Source of the DNA: Octopus bimaculoides
Lineage: Eukaryota
Reading direction: 5' to 3'
DNA: 63,962 nucleotides
Assembly: GCF_001194135.2 (NCBI RefSeq)
Contig: NC_068982.1
Location: 65,340,558-65,404,519, forward strand
Shown: one piece after another, positions 26,816-38,256 of the stretch
How the letters are laid out: each line of letters starts with the position of its first letter
Position numbering within the stretch: the stretch's first letter is position 1
The notes under the pieces: generated by a model
The model's input: the letters and a program-made list of their open reading frames with translations, nothing else
What the model was told of the DNA's origin: nothing
The model's database searches: none
Program-made: the position numbers and the translations under genes

Positions 26816-29333
26816 ATATCATGATCATCATCATTTAATGACTGTGTCCCATGCTGGCATGAGGTGGATGGTTCAACAGGATCCATTTAGCAAGAGGGCT
26901 GTGTTGGTCTCCAGTATCCACACACACACATAGACACACATATATAGATACTGGAGACCAACACAGCCCTCTTGCTAAATGGATCCTGTTGAACCATCCA
27001 ACTCATGAGTGTGTGTGTGTGTATATGTGTGTCATACACATGTGTGGAAGTGAGCAATCTAATGGCTAGAGTGTTGGGTTCATGATTGCAAGGTTGTGGG
27101 TTTCCTGGACTGAAGATATTTCATTTCACTTTACTTGAGTCTGCTCAGCCAAAAGTTAATTCCAACCCCATGCTATCGTATCCCCCCACCACCACCACCA
27201 CTCTCTAAGCTGATGCATCTTAGATGATCTGTTGGGTCAAGGATGAGAGGATGTCTATGACTGCTCATTTTATATAAAATAAATTGATATATAATGAAAA
27301 ATAATCTGAAAGATAATAAGGCTATATTATATAAGGGTGTTTTATTTTGTTTTTGTTTTTTTTTTCCCCCTAATAAAAAGCGGGTGATGAAAAACTTTGC
27401 AGTTAAACACCATATATGTATTATAATGCAGCAAACTGACCAAAATTTTAGAGCAGCTGATTGATTGCCTGGTGATTGTTCTGGTTCTTTGTGCTTGAGT
27501 TCAAATACTACAGAAGTTAGTTTTGCCTTTCATCCTTTCAGATCAATAGATAAGTAGCAGTCGTATCATATCATCATCATTTAATGTCTTTTGTCCATAT
27601 TATCATAGCTTGGACGGTTTGACCAGGATTGGCAAGCTGATGGGGTGTACAAGACTCCAGTCTATTTGGCATGGTTTCTACAGCTGGATGTCCTTTCTAA
27701 CACCAACCACTTCAAGAGTGTAATGGGTATTTTTACGTGTCACTGGTAAAGGTGCCAGTTACGTGACACCAGCATCAGCCACATTGCCTCCATGAGGCCC
27801 AATGCTCAGATGGTGCTTTGTACATGCCACTGGTACAGGTGCCAGTTATGTGTTACCAGCATTAGCCATATTGCCTCCATGAGGCATAATGCTCAAATGG
27901 TGCCGTTTACATACCATCAGCATGGGAGCCAGTTACATGATGCCAGCATCAGCTATGACTATGATTTCTTTTGACTTGACAGGTCTTCTCAAACACAGCA
28001 TATTTCCAAAGGTCTCAGTCACTAGTCATTGCCTTCATGAGGCCTAACATCTGAAGATCATGCTTCACCACCTCATCTCATGTCTTCCTGGATCTACCCC
28101 TACCACAGTTTCCCCTTCACATTTATAGTTTGGCACTTCTTTACACAGCTGTTCTCATCCATATGCATCACATGACCATGCCACCACATCTGATGCCTCT
28201 TATGCCCAACTGTTCTCTCAAGATGCTTTCACTCTGTCATACATGCATACTGATATTGCACATCCAGCAAAGCATACTAGCTTCATTTCTTTCAAGCCTA
28301 TGCATGTCCTCAGCAGTCACAGCCCATGTTTCACTGTGATGTAGCATAGCTGTTCACACATAGGCATCATACTGTCTGCCTTTCACTCTGAGGGAGAGAC
28401 CTTTTGCTGCCAACAGAGGTAGGAGCTCTCTGAACTTTGCCCAGCCTATTCTTACAGCTACACTCTTGAAGCTTCCACCTCTGCTACTGACTTGGTCACC
28501 TAAATAACAGAAGCTATCAACTAGCTCTAGCTTACCCCACTGGCAGTCCATGGAGTTTATTTTCTGTAAATTTTCAGTGTTTGTTGTACCTGTGCTCCTT
28601 CAACACAAAAACTATTTTCTCAGCTAACCTTCCTCTGATATTGCTGAATCTCTTATGTGTCCATAGCTTACTTAGCTTATGGAGTTTCTACCCACACCTT
28701 TCCCACAGATTGAGCAGGATCATCTACCTGAAGGGATTTGTGATTTGTCTGCTTTCCTACTTACTAAGATTTTGGTTTTTGCTAGGTTAATTCCAAGGCC
28801 CTTCAATTCCAGACCTTGCTTCCACACCTGAAATTTCTTCTATAGCTCTAGTAGGGATTCAGCTATAAAAACAAGGTCATCAGCATAGAGGAGCTCCCAG
28901 GGCAGCCTGCCTTAAATTCTGCAGTTATTGCCTGGATGACTATGATGAATAAGGGGGAGCTGAGGGCTAATCCTTGCTGAACCCCTACTTCTATCCTGAA
29001 TTCATCACTACACGCATCGCCAACTCTCACCTTACTGACAGCATCCCTGTGCATGCTTGTAAAACTCTCACCAACCACTCATCTATCCTTAGTTTCTGCA
29101 TTGACCACCAGATAAGGGAGCGTGGTACCTTGTGAAAAGCTTTCTCCATGTCAACAAAAGCCAAGTACAGAGGTTTATTTTTGGTTAGGTACTTCTCCTG
29201 CAGCTGCCTTACCAGAAATATAGCATCAGTGGTACTTCTCCCTGGCACAAAACCAAACTGCATCTCATCTACACTCTCTCCCTAATTAGTTGGGCTATGA
29301 TCATCTTCATGACTGATATATACATACATTTAT

Positions 29334-29377
<44 letters not shown>

Positions 29378-32300
29378 GCTATCCATTACTTCTCTGTAAT
29401 ATATCATTTACTCTAAATTTTTTTACTTTTAAAATCAGTTTTTAAGATGCAGCATTACCCAGTTTTATATCATGCATTGATGTACAAATTCATTTTTCTA
29501 CTTGTAGAGCTATGAAGATGGTATTCCAAGGATTAATTCCCCAACACCATGGCTGAAAGAGCAACTTAATGAACATTCAGACAGAATCAATGCTTTTTCA
29601 GATCGGCTCAGTATTTTATCTGATCATGTTTTGGAAGCTCAGCTGAAAGCTTATAGTGCTGAGGGCCTTGCAAATACTGACCTCTTATCCCCTTCATCTT
29701 CTCCTCCTGTTCGTCAGGCTTTTTTAAACTCATGTTTGAAATCTTATCAGTATGATTCAAATGCTAAGATTTGGAAGGCAAATCAGTCATGTGACAATTT
29801 CAAGTCTAAGCTCTATGCTACTGTGCGTCCACTGAATTGCCACAAGACTTTGCCTTCTATAACAGTAACAGAGGCCAACAGAGCTGCAACTACATGTTTA
29901 CTTCATGACCACAACAGCTGGAAAAGAAATCTAGTTAAAACCAACAACTATTGCTCATACAAGAATCATCTAGTTGGTATAAAGCCATGCAGGGAAAGCT
30001 GTAACAGAAGACAAACAGACTCTATTCTGCATTCAAATTACTTTGCTCAGATGTCTCCTAGTGACATTCTTGAAAACAGTTTAGATGGTCTGCCAACACC
30101 AACAGATGAGCCTTGTGTGCAGCCAACATTTCCAGTATTCAGGGCCGAATCACTTAAACATAAACAAAGCAACACTCAAGAGAAGTCAGCTTCAACCATA
30201 GAAAAAATCCCAGAAGCCACTGCCTGCCAACCTAGTCACCAAACTTTGTCTAAACGGTTTGTTGAAGAGCCTGTGCCTTCTAACACCATTCCAACTATTG
30301 CAAGACCAAGTTCACTTGATATCATTTCTCCAACAGACTCACCATCTCAGGAAGATTCTCAAACTTCTCCCCTGTCTCCTTATCTAATGAACAAAAACGA
30401 TAGCTCCATGATGAACCAATCAACAGATTCTGAAAATTCTCCTGGTATGTCAGCATCTGCAACGTTTGACCACCATAACCTTGTCTCAAGCTCATACTTA
30501 GATTCAACAGAGGATGAAAAAGATCTTTTTGATGAAAAACGGTCATCTTTGAATTCAGATTATTTCTCTTTAGATGCTCAGCTTTCAACATCATCTTACA
30601 TGAATTCTTTAGCTCCATTCCACAATGACTGCCAATCTCAATCTAATACAGAAATGCTGCCTTTATATTCTTCAAACCATTCCAAAAGTCACCATATACA
30701 TAACAGGAATAGCAAAATGTGTCAGAATAATTTTGAACAAGAAAAAGACTGGAATGTATTAATGCCAACTTTACTCAATAAGAGAACACTTCCTGAAATT
30801 TATTTAGCTTGCAATGAATGGCAGAAAAATGTTGCAAAAAGTATGAAAGAAAATGATATGAGTTCTGAACTTCGAGAAATGTACAGCTTGTCATCTGATT
30901 CCAGCTCTGAGAGTATCAAAGCTGAACATTCCGGCAATAGAGATGATGGCTACTCAACCATGTCAAGTGACATGCAACCAGAAATGCTTGAAAAGTTTAG
31001 TGACACAGCTGTGCTGAAACGTGATCGGGTAAATAGGAACAGCATGGCTGAGATGAATTCTAACTGTTGCGGACCAATTCTATCGAAGCTGGTTGAAGCT
31101 GAAAGAACATCTTCAGACAACTGTATCAGCAGCTCATCCACTAATTCTGATAATAGTGTTGAAGGTTCAACTCTGACAGCTAACAACTTTCATTCTTCTA
31201 AATTATTTTCCTCAAAACAGTTGCCTGAAAAAGATCAACATGTGCCGGAAAATTCTTTCCAATACTTCAACAATACTAAAGTGCACATTGATAAGAAGGA
31301 TGATAATAATGATAACAATGTTCTGGTTAATATGTGTACTAATACCTTCCCTAAGTGTCATTACCTATCAACAAAGGGGAATTTCTCATGTGCTTCTTTG
31401 CCAAAACAAATTGGAAAATCTTCATATTCAGCTGGACATTCTAAAATTCACTGTCAGCATTCTAAGTTAGCACATCTAAATGTTCCCAGTAGAGAAAATG
31501 CAACCCTTACAAAGCACATAGTTACAGAACAAAACCTTAATGTTAATAATAATTCAACAGTTCAAGTTACACAACCAGATCACTGTTTAACATTATCACA
31601 AAGTCAAATTCATCCTCAACATCTGAAACGGTCAGTTTCAGACTCGAGGCTTTTGATCAATAATACACCTAAACTACGCCTGGACTCAATTTTCTCCAAT
31701 AACTTCAATAACAGTTTGAGTGATTGTACTATATCAATGTCTGACCTCAGTTCATCACAGGCTGCCCAGTCTTACCAAATGTTATCAGGCTCCCTACACA
31801 GGTCTCCATGGCAACCATTGGTGCCACCAACAAATGAACAGAATAATATTTTATCACCAGAAACAAGCTGGTCCTACAAAACAAGTGTAAGCTATCAAGT
31901 TTCACATTTTCATTTTGATTTATTAGCAAATTTATTTTTTAATTGCTTACTTATTTTGTTTTCAATATTTGTTTATTGTAAGTCACTTGTTTGAATTTTC
32001 TTTTCAACTGTATTGTCTGTTACACACACACTTTGGGCAAGTGTTTTCTACTATTTCTTTGAGCTTACCAATGCCATGTGAGTGGAATTGGTAGACAAAA
32101 ACTGTATTAAAGTGCATAGAATTATATACATATGTATGTTCTCTTCTGTTTTTAATTATTTGAAGACTTCATGTAAAGAAGGAGCTGGTTTCTAACAAAG
32201 ATACAAAGCTCCATCACTGGAAGAAGATAACAAAAATAAATTCATATTTTGAACTCTATAAAAGCCTTGCATATTTTTACAGTTCTGCTTACAGATCGTA

Positions 32301-35300
32301 TGTAGAATGTGCATGTTATCTGGTTGATTTCTTTCTGAAAACCCTAGCATATCCAGATTGTGACTTAGGCATTTACTCACAAAACCAATTATTATTATTA
32401 TAAACGCTAATTTATAATCTGCATGTATGTATGAATGTTTAGAAGGAAACATGGTGGCAGCCTCCTGGCCAAAGAGTCAATAGCTGATATCTTTGCACTG
32501 TATCTCAGTGTAGAACAGTTCATTTCCATGGCTGTTTTCACTGAGCTATATATATATATATATAGGTACCATGTGGAGGTAAAGTTCACTGTTGCAAACA
32601 GAGAAGTCATTTATTTACATTCAACGGATATTTGTCCTCATCTTGTTTGTTTTTAACACAACGTTTCGGCTGATATACCCTCCAGCCTTCTTCAGATGTC
32701 TTGGGGAAATTTTGAACCTGGTTTCTCACTCCTAAGGTATTTTTCATTGTTGTTGTTGCTGCTTTAATAATTCCTATAAAAATTTAGCACTAGTCCACAC
32801 AGCTATTTAAAATGTGACACATACTGTTGGGTGGAATACTAGTATAAGAAAATATGGATAATAAACAACTACACAAAATTAACTTCTGTTTAATTAAAAA
32901 TATCATGTTTTTTTAAACGTGGGGGATGGTTTGCAAAATGCCATCTTGTGAAAGGTGGCACTGAACTAGAAAAGGCTGAGAACCACTTCTGTTGATGTTC
33001 AGAACAAATTCTTAACTACACACCAATACACTGCACTAGGTTTCTAGCCAAGATACTTAACCCTCATTGACTTAGTTCATTAAGTTCTAAAAAGATATAA
33101 TTGAAGTACAGCTGGCTACCATAAGAAACAGAACTATTTGATTAATGAGTATTTTGCTATCTAGCTTTAATGACTTCAGATTCTCTTATGGACCTAGGGA
33201 ACACTTCAAAAAAGCTCCTGTTTATATGTTATATAAATAATTATCTATCTTTCCTCTTCTCTTTTTTTTTTTTGTATATGATTCATGCAGGTCTTCAAGA
33301 AGGAACATTCACATCACAACGAACATCAAGATACCAATGATGACAATAATATTAAATTTACAAAGGTAGCATCAGTTTCTTCTGAACGGAATTCTGTTGA
33401 AAAGGTAAGAGTAATTGATTTTAGCAATTTTTCATCCCCCATTTAAAAGAAATTAAACATGAATGTAGATTTTTAAAAAATCTTGCAATTTTGTTTATCA
33501 ATTATCTCTTTATGATGTTGCTTGACTTGTAAAGCATGTAATTTGGAAGAGATTTGGTCATTATTTCTAATAAATAGAGTAACTGCATATACTATAGGGT
33601 AGATGACTTCTGTAAAAAAGGCAATGTAGATTGTGAATTATAAAAGTTACCTCTGTACTTGTCCTTAGGCAAAACCAAAAAATGTTGCAGTTTCCATGAC
33701 AGTATGATCTGTGACAGATATTAGATTATCTCTTCTAGTATCTTGTATAAATTATCAGGGCTTTAGTTGCCAGGTTTAGTTAATAAGAGCAATGAAGACT
33801 GCTGGGTGTAAGGATTGCCTCTATATTAGTCTTTAGAGGTGGCCAGAAAGTACTGATATCTCCATCAGACTATACAGTACGATAGGGATTTTTTTTAAAG
33901 AGAGCCAATTAAGTCTGGTACTTACTGTATTAGTCTCTTTTGCCAAAACTGTGAAGTCATAGGAATGTAAACAAACCAATACTGCTTGTCAAACAGTGAA
34001 GAGGGGACATACATAAACACACACATCCACACAACATTTATGACTGGCTTCCAGTTTCCATCAACCAAATTCATTCACAAGGCATTTGTCAATCCAAGGA
34101 AGACACTTGCCCAAGGTGCTGTGCAGTGGGACTGAACCTGAAACTATATGGTTGCAAAGCTAGTTTCTTAACCATAAAGCCATGCCTGTGCTTGATTAGT
34201 AGAAAAAAATATTATACAATTAGTGATCTCATATATAGAGAAATATTTCCTTATGTTTTTATTTGATAAAATCTTGTTAAAATTGGATCAAGTAAGTCTT
34301 CCAATTATGTAAGAGAATTGGTAGACGTGCATCATAAATATCATTTTCTTTATATTTCCATTTTCTCTCTGGCTACTTTTTCTTTCTCTGCATTTTTACC
34401 TTTTATAAGATTTCCTTTACATTTTCTCCTACAACTGTTAGATTTCTCTCTCTCTCTCTCTCTCACTATATATGTGTGTGTAGAGAGAGGGATACATATG
34501 TGTATATATTTATAAATTTTATTATGTATAATGTGAATATGTATATGAATATTATATATATTACGTGTGCATGTGTTTTTGCAAATGTGTATGTGTCTTT
34601 CTTACATATGTATGTATGTATATGTGTGTGTGTGTAATATACATGTAAATGTCAATTGCTGAATATGAAATTATCTTTTGTTACTTGATTACAGGAAAGA
34701 CCTCAGCTTCCACGGCTACCACAACAGTCTGATGTGACTCAAAGTGCTGAAGAATGGTTACTGCAGTTTTCCAAAGAAGATATTGAAAAGAATCTAAGTT
34801 ATTACAAAAATCGTCAGAAGGCATCCAGACATCATTCTACTCCATGGCAGCAAAATACCAACAGCCCCAACATGCTTTGTTGGCAGACTCTACAACACCG
34901 CCAACCCACACACGGTGTACTACAGGCTGGTCGTTATATGACTCTACCAGTGACGAACATTTGTCAGGAGCAATTTGAAACTGAAGACATTGATGTTAAT
35001 AACTTAATGAGTCCAAAAGAAATTGAAGAGCAGAAGAAATTCCGACAGGAGTTTTATAGCCTCTGCTGTGTGGATTCCAACCGAAGTCTTTTCTCTGGTA
35101 GCAACAATGAATGTGATGGAGAAAACCAAACTCAAACTTTGAAAAATCTCCACTCCAATAATGAGACATGTCATGAACACTGCCAGTCGAACCTAGCAGA
35201 ATTTGACAATGTTTCTCTGAAGATTGACAACCTTTCTAAAACTGTAAAAGAATTACAATCAAGTTTCTCTAGTCTAAACAGTGTTGAGTGTAACTCTGAC

Positions 35301-38256
35301 ATTGATAGTGATATATTCAATCCCAGTGGTCACAGTAGCAGTGTTGAAGGTTATCATTGGGTAGAAGATGAATTTTATTTAACGCCTTCCAGTGGGGATA
35401 TCATTTTTACTAGTTGTCCCTCAAATGAATCTTCAGCATCGTGTGACTGGATGAATGAATATGCTGACGACAGTTCAGGAGCATTTGAATTAAAAGATTC
35501 TTGTGAAGAAGACCAGCAGTTTCTGCAGAAGCTGTGTGCTGTAGCCAACCTTAATGTTGACTCAAGTAAAGCACATGGTGGCACTGAGAAGTTATCAACT
35601 CCAGAGAAAGATATCAGTGACATGTTGGTGATGAACCCAGAGGTTAGTATAAGAAATTACAAATAACAAAAATGCATTGCTCTACAGATATACTTGAACT
35701 GAATTTTGCAAACCAAACTGCTAGACTGTGCAGATATATCTGTTCTTTTGTCTTTTACTTATTTCAGTCATTGGACTGTGGCCATACTGGGGCACTGCCT
35801 TAAAGGGTTTTAGCTGAGCAAGTCAACCCCAGTCCTTTTTTTATAAGTCTGGTACTTATTTTATTGGTTTATTTTGCCAAACTGCTAAGTTACAGAGATA
35901 TAAACAAACCAACACTGGTTGTCAAGTGCTGGTGTGGGAACAGATAAAAGCATGCATACACATGACAGGCTTTCATACAGCTTCTGTCTTCCAAATTCAT
36001 TCAAAAAATGCCTACATCAACTTGAGACTGTAGTGAGACACTTGCTCAAGGTGCTGCACAATAGGGATGGTGGGAGTAGAGTCTATGATCTATGCAGGTT
36101 TTTTTGGATTGGTGAGATTGATATAGCTGTGTCAAGTTATTGTCAGTAAGAAAATAACATTAGATATTTATACAAGTGAGTGAATCCAGCTAAGGGGTCA
36201 AGTGATGCTTGGTTGAATGTTGGGCCTACTACAAGATGGTCCCTTATGTTGATTTTGATGTATGAATGTCTCATTAAAACCTGCTTGTTAACTTAGTGTT
36301 CCAATGGCTGAATATTTATGGACCCTTACAAATACAGGTAGAGTCAATGTGACAATGCTGGACCTTTGAATTACAGGTACAGTCCATCTAATGGACTTCA
36401 GTACAGTTTCCATCTACTCACAATTTTTAGTGGTGGCCAGTATTTATGGCACTTTAAAGGAAGTATTTCTTTAGTCATTTTATAAGACGGTACCAATCAT
36501 TTTTAAGTCAATTAAAAACCGAAACTGCCTTAACTGTCCCAGGATTTGATCTTAGGACAATTCTGATGTTAGTTGACAGTCAGACTAGTATGTTCAGCTG
36601 ATCTTGAAGTGCCTAATTTATAGCCAGGAAGCATAAAACCCACACACCATTCTTGGTAGCAAACTATGATTATGTTAATAACATATTATATTGAGGGTAT
36701 ACACTGTTTAATGGTATTGTATGTTAATAGTATATTATGTTATCAAATATTAAGAATATATTATGTTAATGGAATATTATAAATAGTATATGTTAATGTT
36801 ATGTTCTTCTTTATTCCTACAGACTCGTGCTGACATGTTGGACTCTATGATTGACATAAATACAGCCAACGAAAGTGAAGACAGCAGCAGTGATGAACAA
36901 TTAGCAGTTCCCATGTTTAAACATAAGAAAGGTCAGTATGCTTCTAATTTAGAAATCTAACAGTAGTTATTAAAGAAACCTCAAAGACAGAAGAGAGGAC
37001 TCAATCTAGAGACTACTAGATTAAATACATTCTAGCATTGAGTATTATTCCCCTCGGTTATACCATAAGCTATTTTGTGTGTATGTGTTTGCAAATTAAG
37101 TTACAGAGTAAAGAGTTATTCAATTATTGTCATTGCTTTAATGTTCACTTTTCCGTGCTTGCATGAGTCAAACGGCGTTCACTGAAGTAGATTTTCTAGT
37201 TGGATGTCCTTCCTGTTGCCAACTCTCACCTGTTTCTTAGCAAGGTAATATTTCCATGGCCAGATATGTTTACTCAGGATACAGGAAATGAATGACACTG
37301 CTTGTATGACAGTGGTACTCATTTCAAGCATTGCACAATGTTATATGGCAGGCTTCTTTCAGTTTCTGTTTAAGAAATCCACTCATATGGCTTTGGATAG
37401 CTCTGAGCTGTAGTAGAAGATACTTGCCCAATAAATATATATTTCTATGAGTGTTGACTTTTGTCCCATTACAAGCATTCTACTTTCAATATTAAGTTCC
37501 CCACTATAAGTAAATGGTCTGTTGTTATTTTTAACCCTTTAGCATTCAGATTACTCTGTCAAATGTAATGGTTTATTTATTCACATTACTTTGAATTAAT
37601 CGGGCATTTTCTTGTAGCTTTGATATTTTGATGTGATTGTTTATTTTTAGAATGACATGGCAGGCTAGGTATGGGAGGCCAGATCTGGCCAGTTTTAACA
37701 TAAAACAGAATATTTGGGCCAGATATGGTTGGTTTCAATGCTAAAGAGTTAAACTTGCTTTAAAATATTAACCTCAATTTAACATATTTATACATTTTCC
37801 TACTTACTTTCTTTTTTAGGACGACAAAAACTTGTATCGAGAGCAAATGCACAAACTAACTTCCACAACCTCTTTACAAGGTTTGGCCACCAAGAAAAAG
37901 AAGCTGTGTCTGCATTTGATTTTCTGGATCAGTTTTCAACATCAAGTACCAATTCTGAAACCATAATGCCAGACAATAACTCAGAGGATTTAATTACAGA
38001 ACTAAGTCCAGTATCTCACTCTTCTATATCAACAGATATTTCTCCGACTGCTCCCAATAAATTCTGTGATTCGAAGAGGTCACAGCTGTTATCAAAGAAA
38101 GCATGGAAACAAACAGATAGTTCTTCTCGTGGCAGTCTAGCACGAGTAACTGCTATTGAACTCTTAGGTAATTGTTCGGGTGACTCTCTTGACTCTCCTG
38201 AAGATGCAATTTCAGCAAGTACCTTATCTCTGAGTGACTCTTGCTGTGAATCATAA
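11343..38256 (+). CDS. NCKAP5: NCKAP5-family (Nck-associated protein 5-like) coiled-coil protein, 5'-partial; join(11343..11433,12427..12516,14495..14665,16557..16676,18328..18471,29508..31886,33291..33404,34695..35642,36823..36931,37820..38256)
   Basis: Ten exons with AG/GT boundaries splice into one open frame (4603 nt, stop at 38254-38256). Exons 3-4 ([73 protein letters not shown]) match the NCKAP5 N-terminal coiled coil as I recall it (LLERLKALEAENSALALENENQREQYERCLDEVANQVVQALLTQKDLREECVKLKTRVFDLEQQNRTLSILFQ). The rest is Ser/Asn-rich and low complexity. Confidence 0.85.
12427..12516 (+). CDS. NCKAP5: NCKAP5-like exon 2 ([30 protein letters not shown])
   Basis: Polypyrimidine tract plus ccag acceptor, donor gtgagt, 90 nt phase 0/0, coiled-coil heptads. 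Confidence 0.85.
14495..14665 (+). CDS. NCKAP5: NCKAP5-like exon 3 (CYSSEHH...[12 protein letters not shown])
   Basis: tttcag acceptor, gtaaga donor, 171 nt; contains the [10 protein letters not shown] family motif. Confidence 0.92.
16030..16256 (+). mobile_element. Tc1/mariner transposase fragment, DD37D/maT-like
   Basis: [75 protein letters not shown] resembles the recalled KHP..VMVWG...QQDSAP.H segment of maT-type transposases. No TIRs are visible. Confidence 0.75.
16557..16676 (+). CDS. NCKAP5: NCKAP5-like exon 4 ([40 protein letters not shown])
   Basis: ttgcag acceptor, gtaaaa donor, 120 nt; continues the NCKAP5 coiled coil. Confidence 0.92.
18328..18471 (+). CDS. NCKAP5: NCKAP5-like exon 5 (LPCLETYV...LQSLCSQY)
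   Basis: ttttccag acceptor, gtaagt donor, 144 nt phase 0/0, open frame. Confidence 0.8.
19837..20223 (+). mobile_element. tRNA-derived SINE with 12-bp TSD
   Basis: Same family as 1023-1405. TSD agtagtatcaca at 19825-19836 and 20224-20235; the tail is ccttcctccttcc. Confidence 0.93.
21969..22349 (-). mobile_element. tRNA-derived SINE
   Basis: Same family, full length, opposite orientation to the copy at 19837. Confidence 0.92.
23196..23745. mobile_element. About 550-bp non-coding repeat-like segment flanked by (AAT)n; candidate LINE 3' UTR
   Basis: Bounded on both sides by (AAT)n arrays; composition differs from intron background; no ORF. Confidence 0.45.
23771..24026 (+). mobile_element. 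3' end of an R4/Dong-like (RLE-type) LINE
   Basis: [15 protein letters not shown].../[28 protein letters not shown] resembles the recalled P.V.GALG...LQ...LLGTARI.R.VL C-terminus; followed by a short 3' UTR and an (AAT)n tail. Confidence 0.75.
24030..24472 (-). mobile_element. Two tandem copies of a second tRNA-type SINE family separated by (AAT)n
   Basis: Copies at about 24030-24243 and 24271-24472 share the head aggc.gcgagctggcagaatc.ttagc and the core ggtacttaatttattgaccc..aaaggatgaaag. Relatives occur at about 8060-8280, 11015-11230 and 60050-60320. Confidence 0.8.
26865..27000. repeat. Perfect 54-bp inverted repeat with a 28-nt (CA/TA) loop
   Basis: 26865-26918 is the exact reverse complement of 26947-27000. 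Confidence 0.95.
27565..29300 (-). mobile_element. 5'-truncated, degraded RTE-clade LINE (reverse transcriptase plus 3' tail)
   Basis: [25 protein letters not shown]...[67 protein letters not shown]; (CAT)n tail at the low-coordinate end. Confidence 0.93.
29508..31886 (+). CDS. NCKAP5: NCKAP5-like exon 6, large (2379 nt) Ser/Asn-rich exon
   Basis: cttgtag acceptor at 29507 is in frame with the 787-aa ORF; donor gtaagc at 31887 gives 793 codons, phase 0/0. Confidence 0.85.
32600..32760 (-). mobile_element. Penelope-like terminal-repeat fragment
   Basis: Carries CTGAAGAAGGCTGGAGGGTATATCAGCCGAAACGTTG, a motif of the type found in Penelope pseudo-LTRs; ends at a (TTG)n run. Confidence 0.6.
32655..32700 (-). 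ncRNA. Minimal type-I hammerhead ribozyme motif
   Basis: Minus strand reads GACAU-CUGAAGA-A-GGCUG-gagggUAUAU-CAGCC-GAAAC-GUU-GUGUU: CUGANGA and GAAA core, 5-bp stem II, palindromic AACGUU stem III, and stem I GACAU/GUGUU. Confidence 0.65.
33291..33404 (+). CDS. NCKAP5: NCKAP5-like exon 7 (VFKKEHSHH...ERNSVEK)
   Basis: T-tract plus gcag acceptor, gtaaga donor, 114 nt phase 0/0. Confidence 0.8.
34695..35642 (+). CDS. NCKAP5: NCKAP5-like exon 8 (948 nt)
   Basis: ttacag acceptor is in frame with the 310-aa ORF; donor gttagt at 35643. Confidence 0.85.
36823..36931 (+). CDS. NCKAP5: NCKAP5-like exon 9 (TRADMLDS...FKHKK/G)
   Basis: cctacag acceptor, gtcagt donor, 109 nt phase 0/1, matching the next exon. 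Confidence 0.8.
37535..37748. mobile_element. Non-autonomous piggyBac-type MITE (214 bp)
   Basis: TTAA|CCCTTTAGCATT...AATGCTAAAGAG|TTAA; TTAA TSD at 37531-37534 and 37749-37752; TIR has one mismatch. Confidence 0.85.
37820..38256 (+). CDS. NCKAP5: NCKAP5-like last coding exon (GRQKLVSR...[15 protein letters not shown]...SCCES*)
   Basis: ttttttag acceptor, phase 1, in frame with ORF 37906-38256, ends at TAA. Confidence 0.82.

Noticed and set aside
31887-31994. C-terminal extension of the 787-aa ORF ([10 protein letters not shown]...KSLV*)
   Set aside because: It begins at a good donor (gtaagc) and is T-rich intron sequence; splicing there joins in frame to four further exons.
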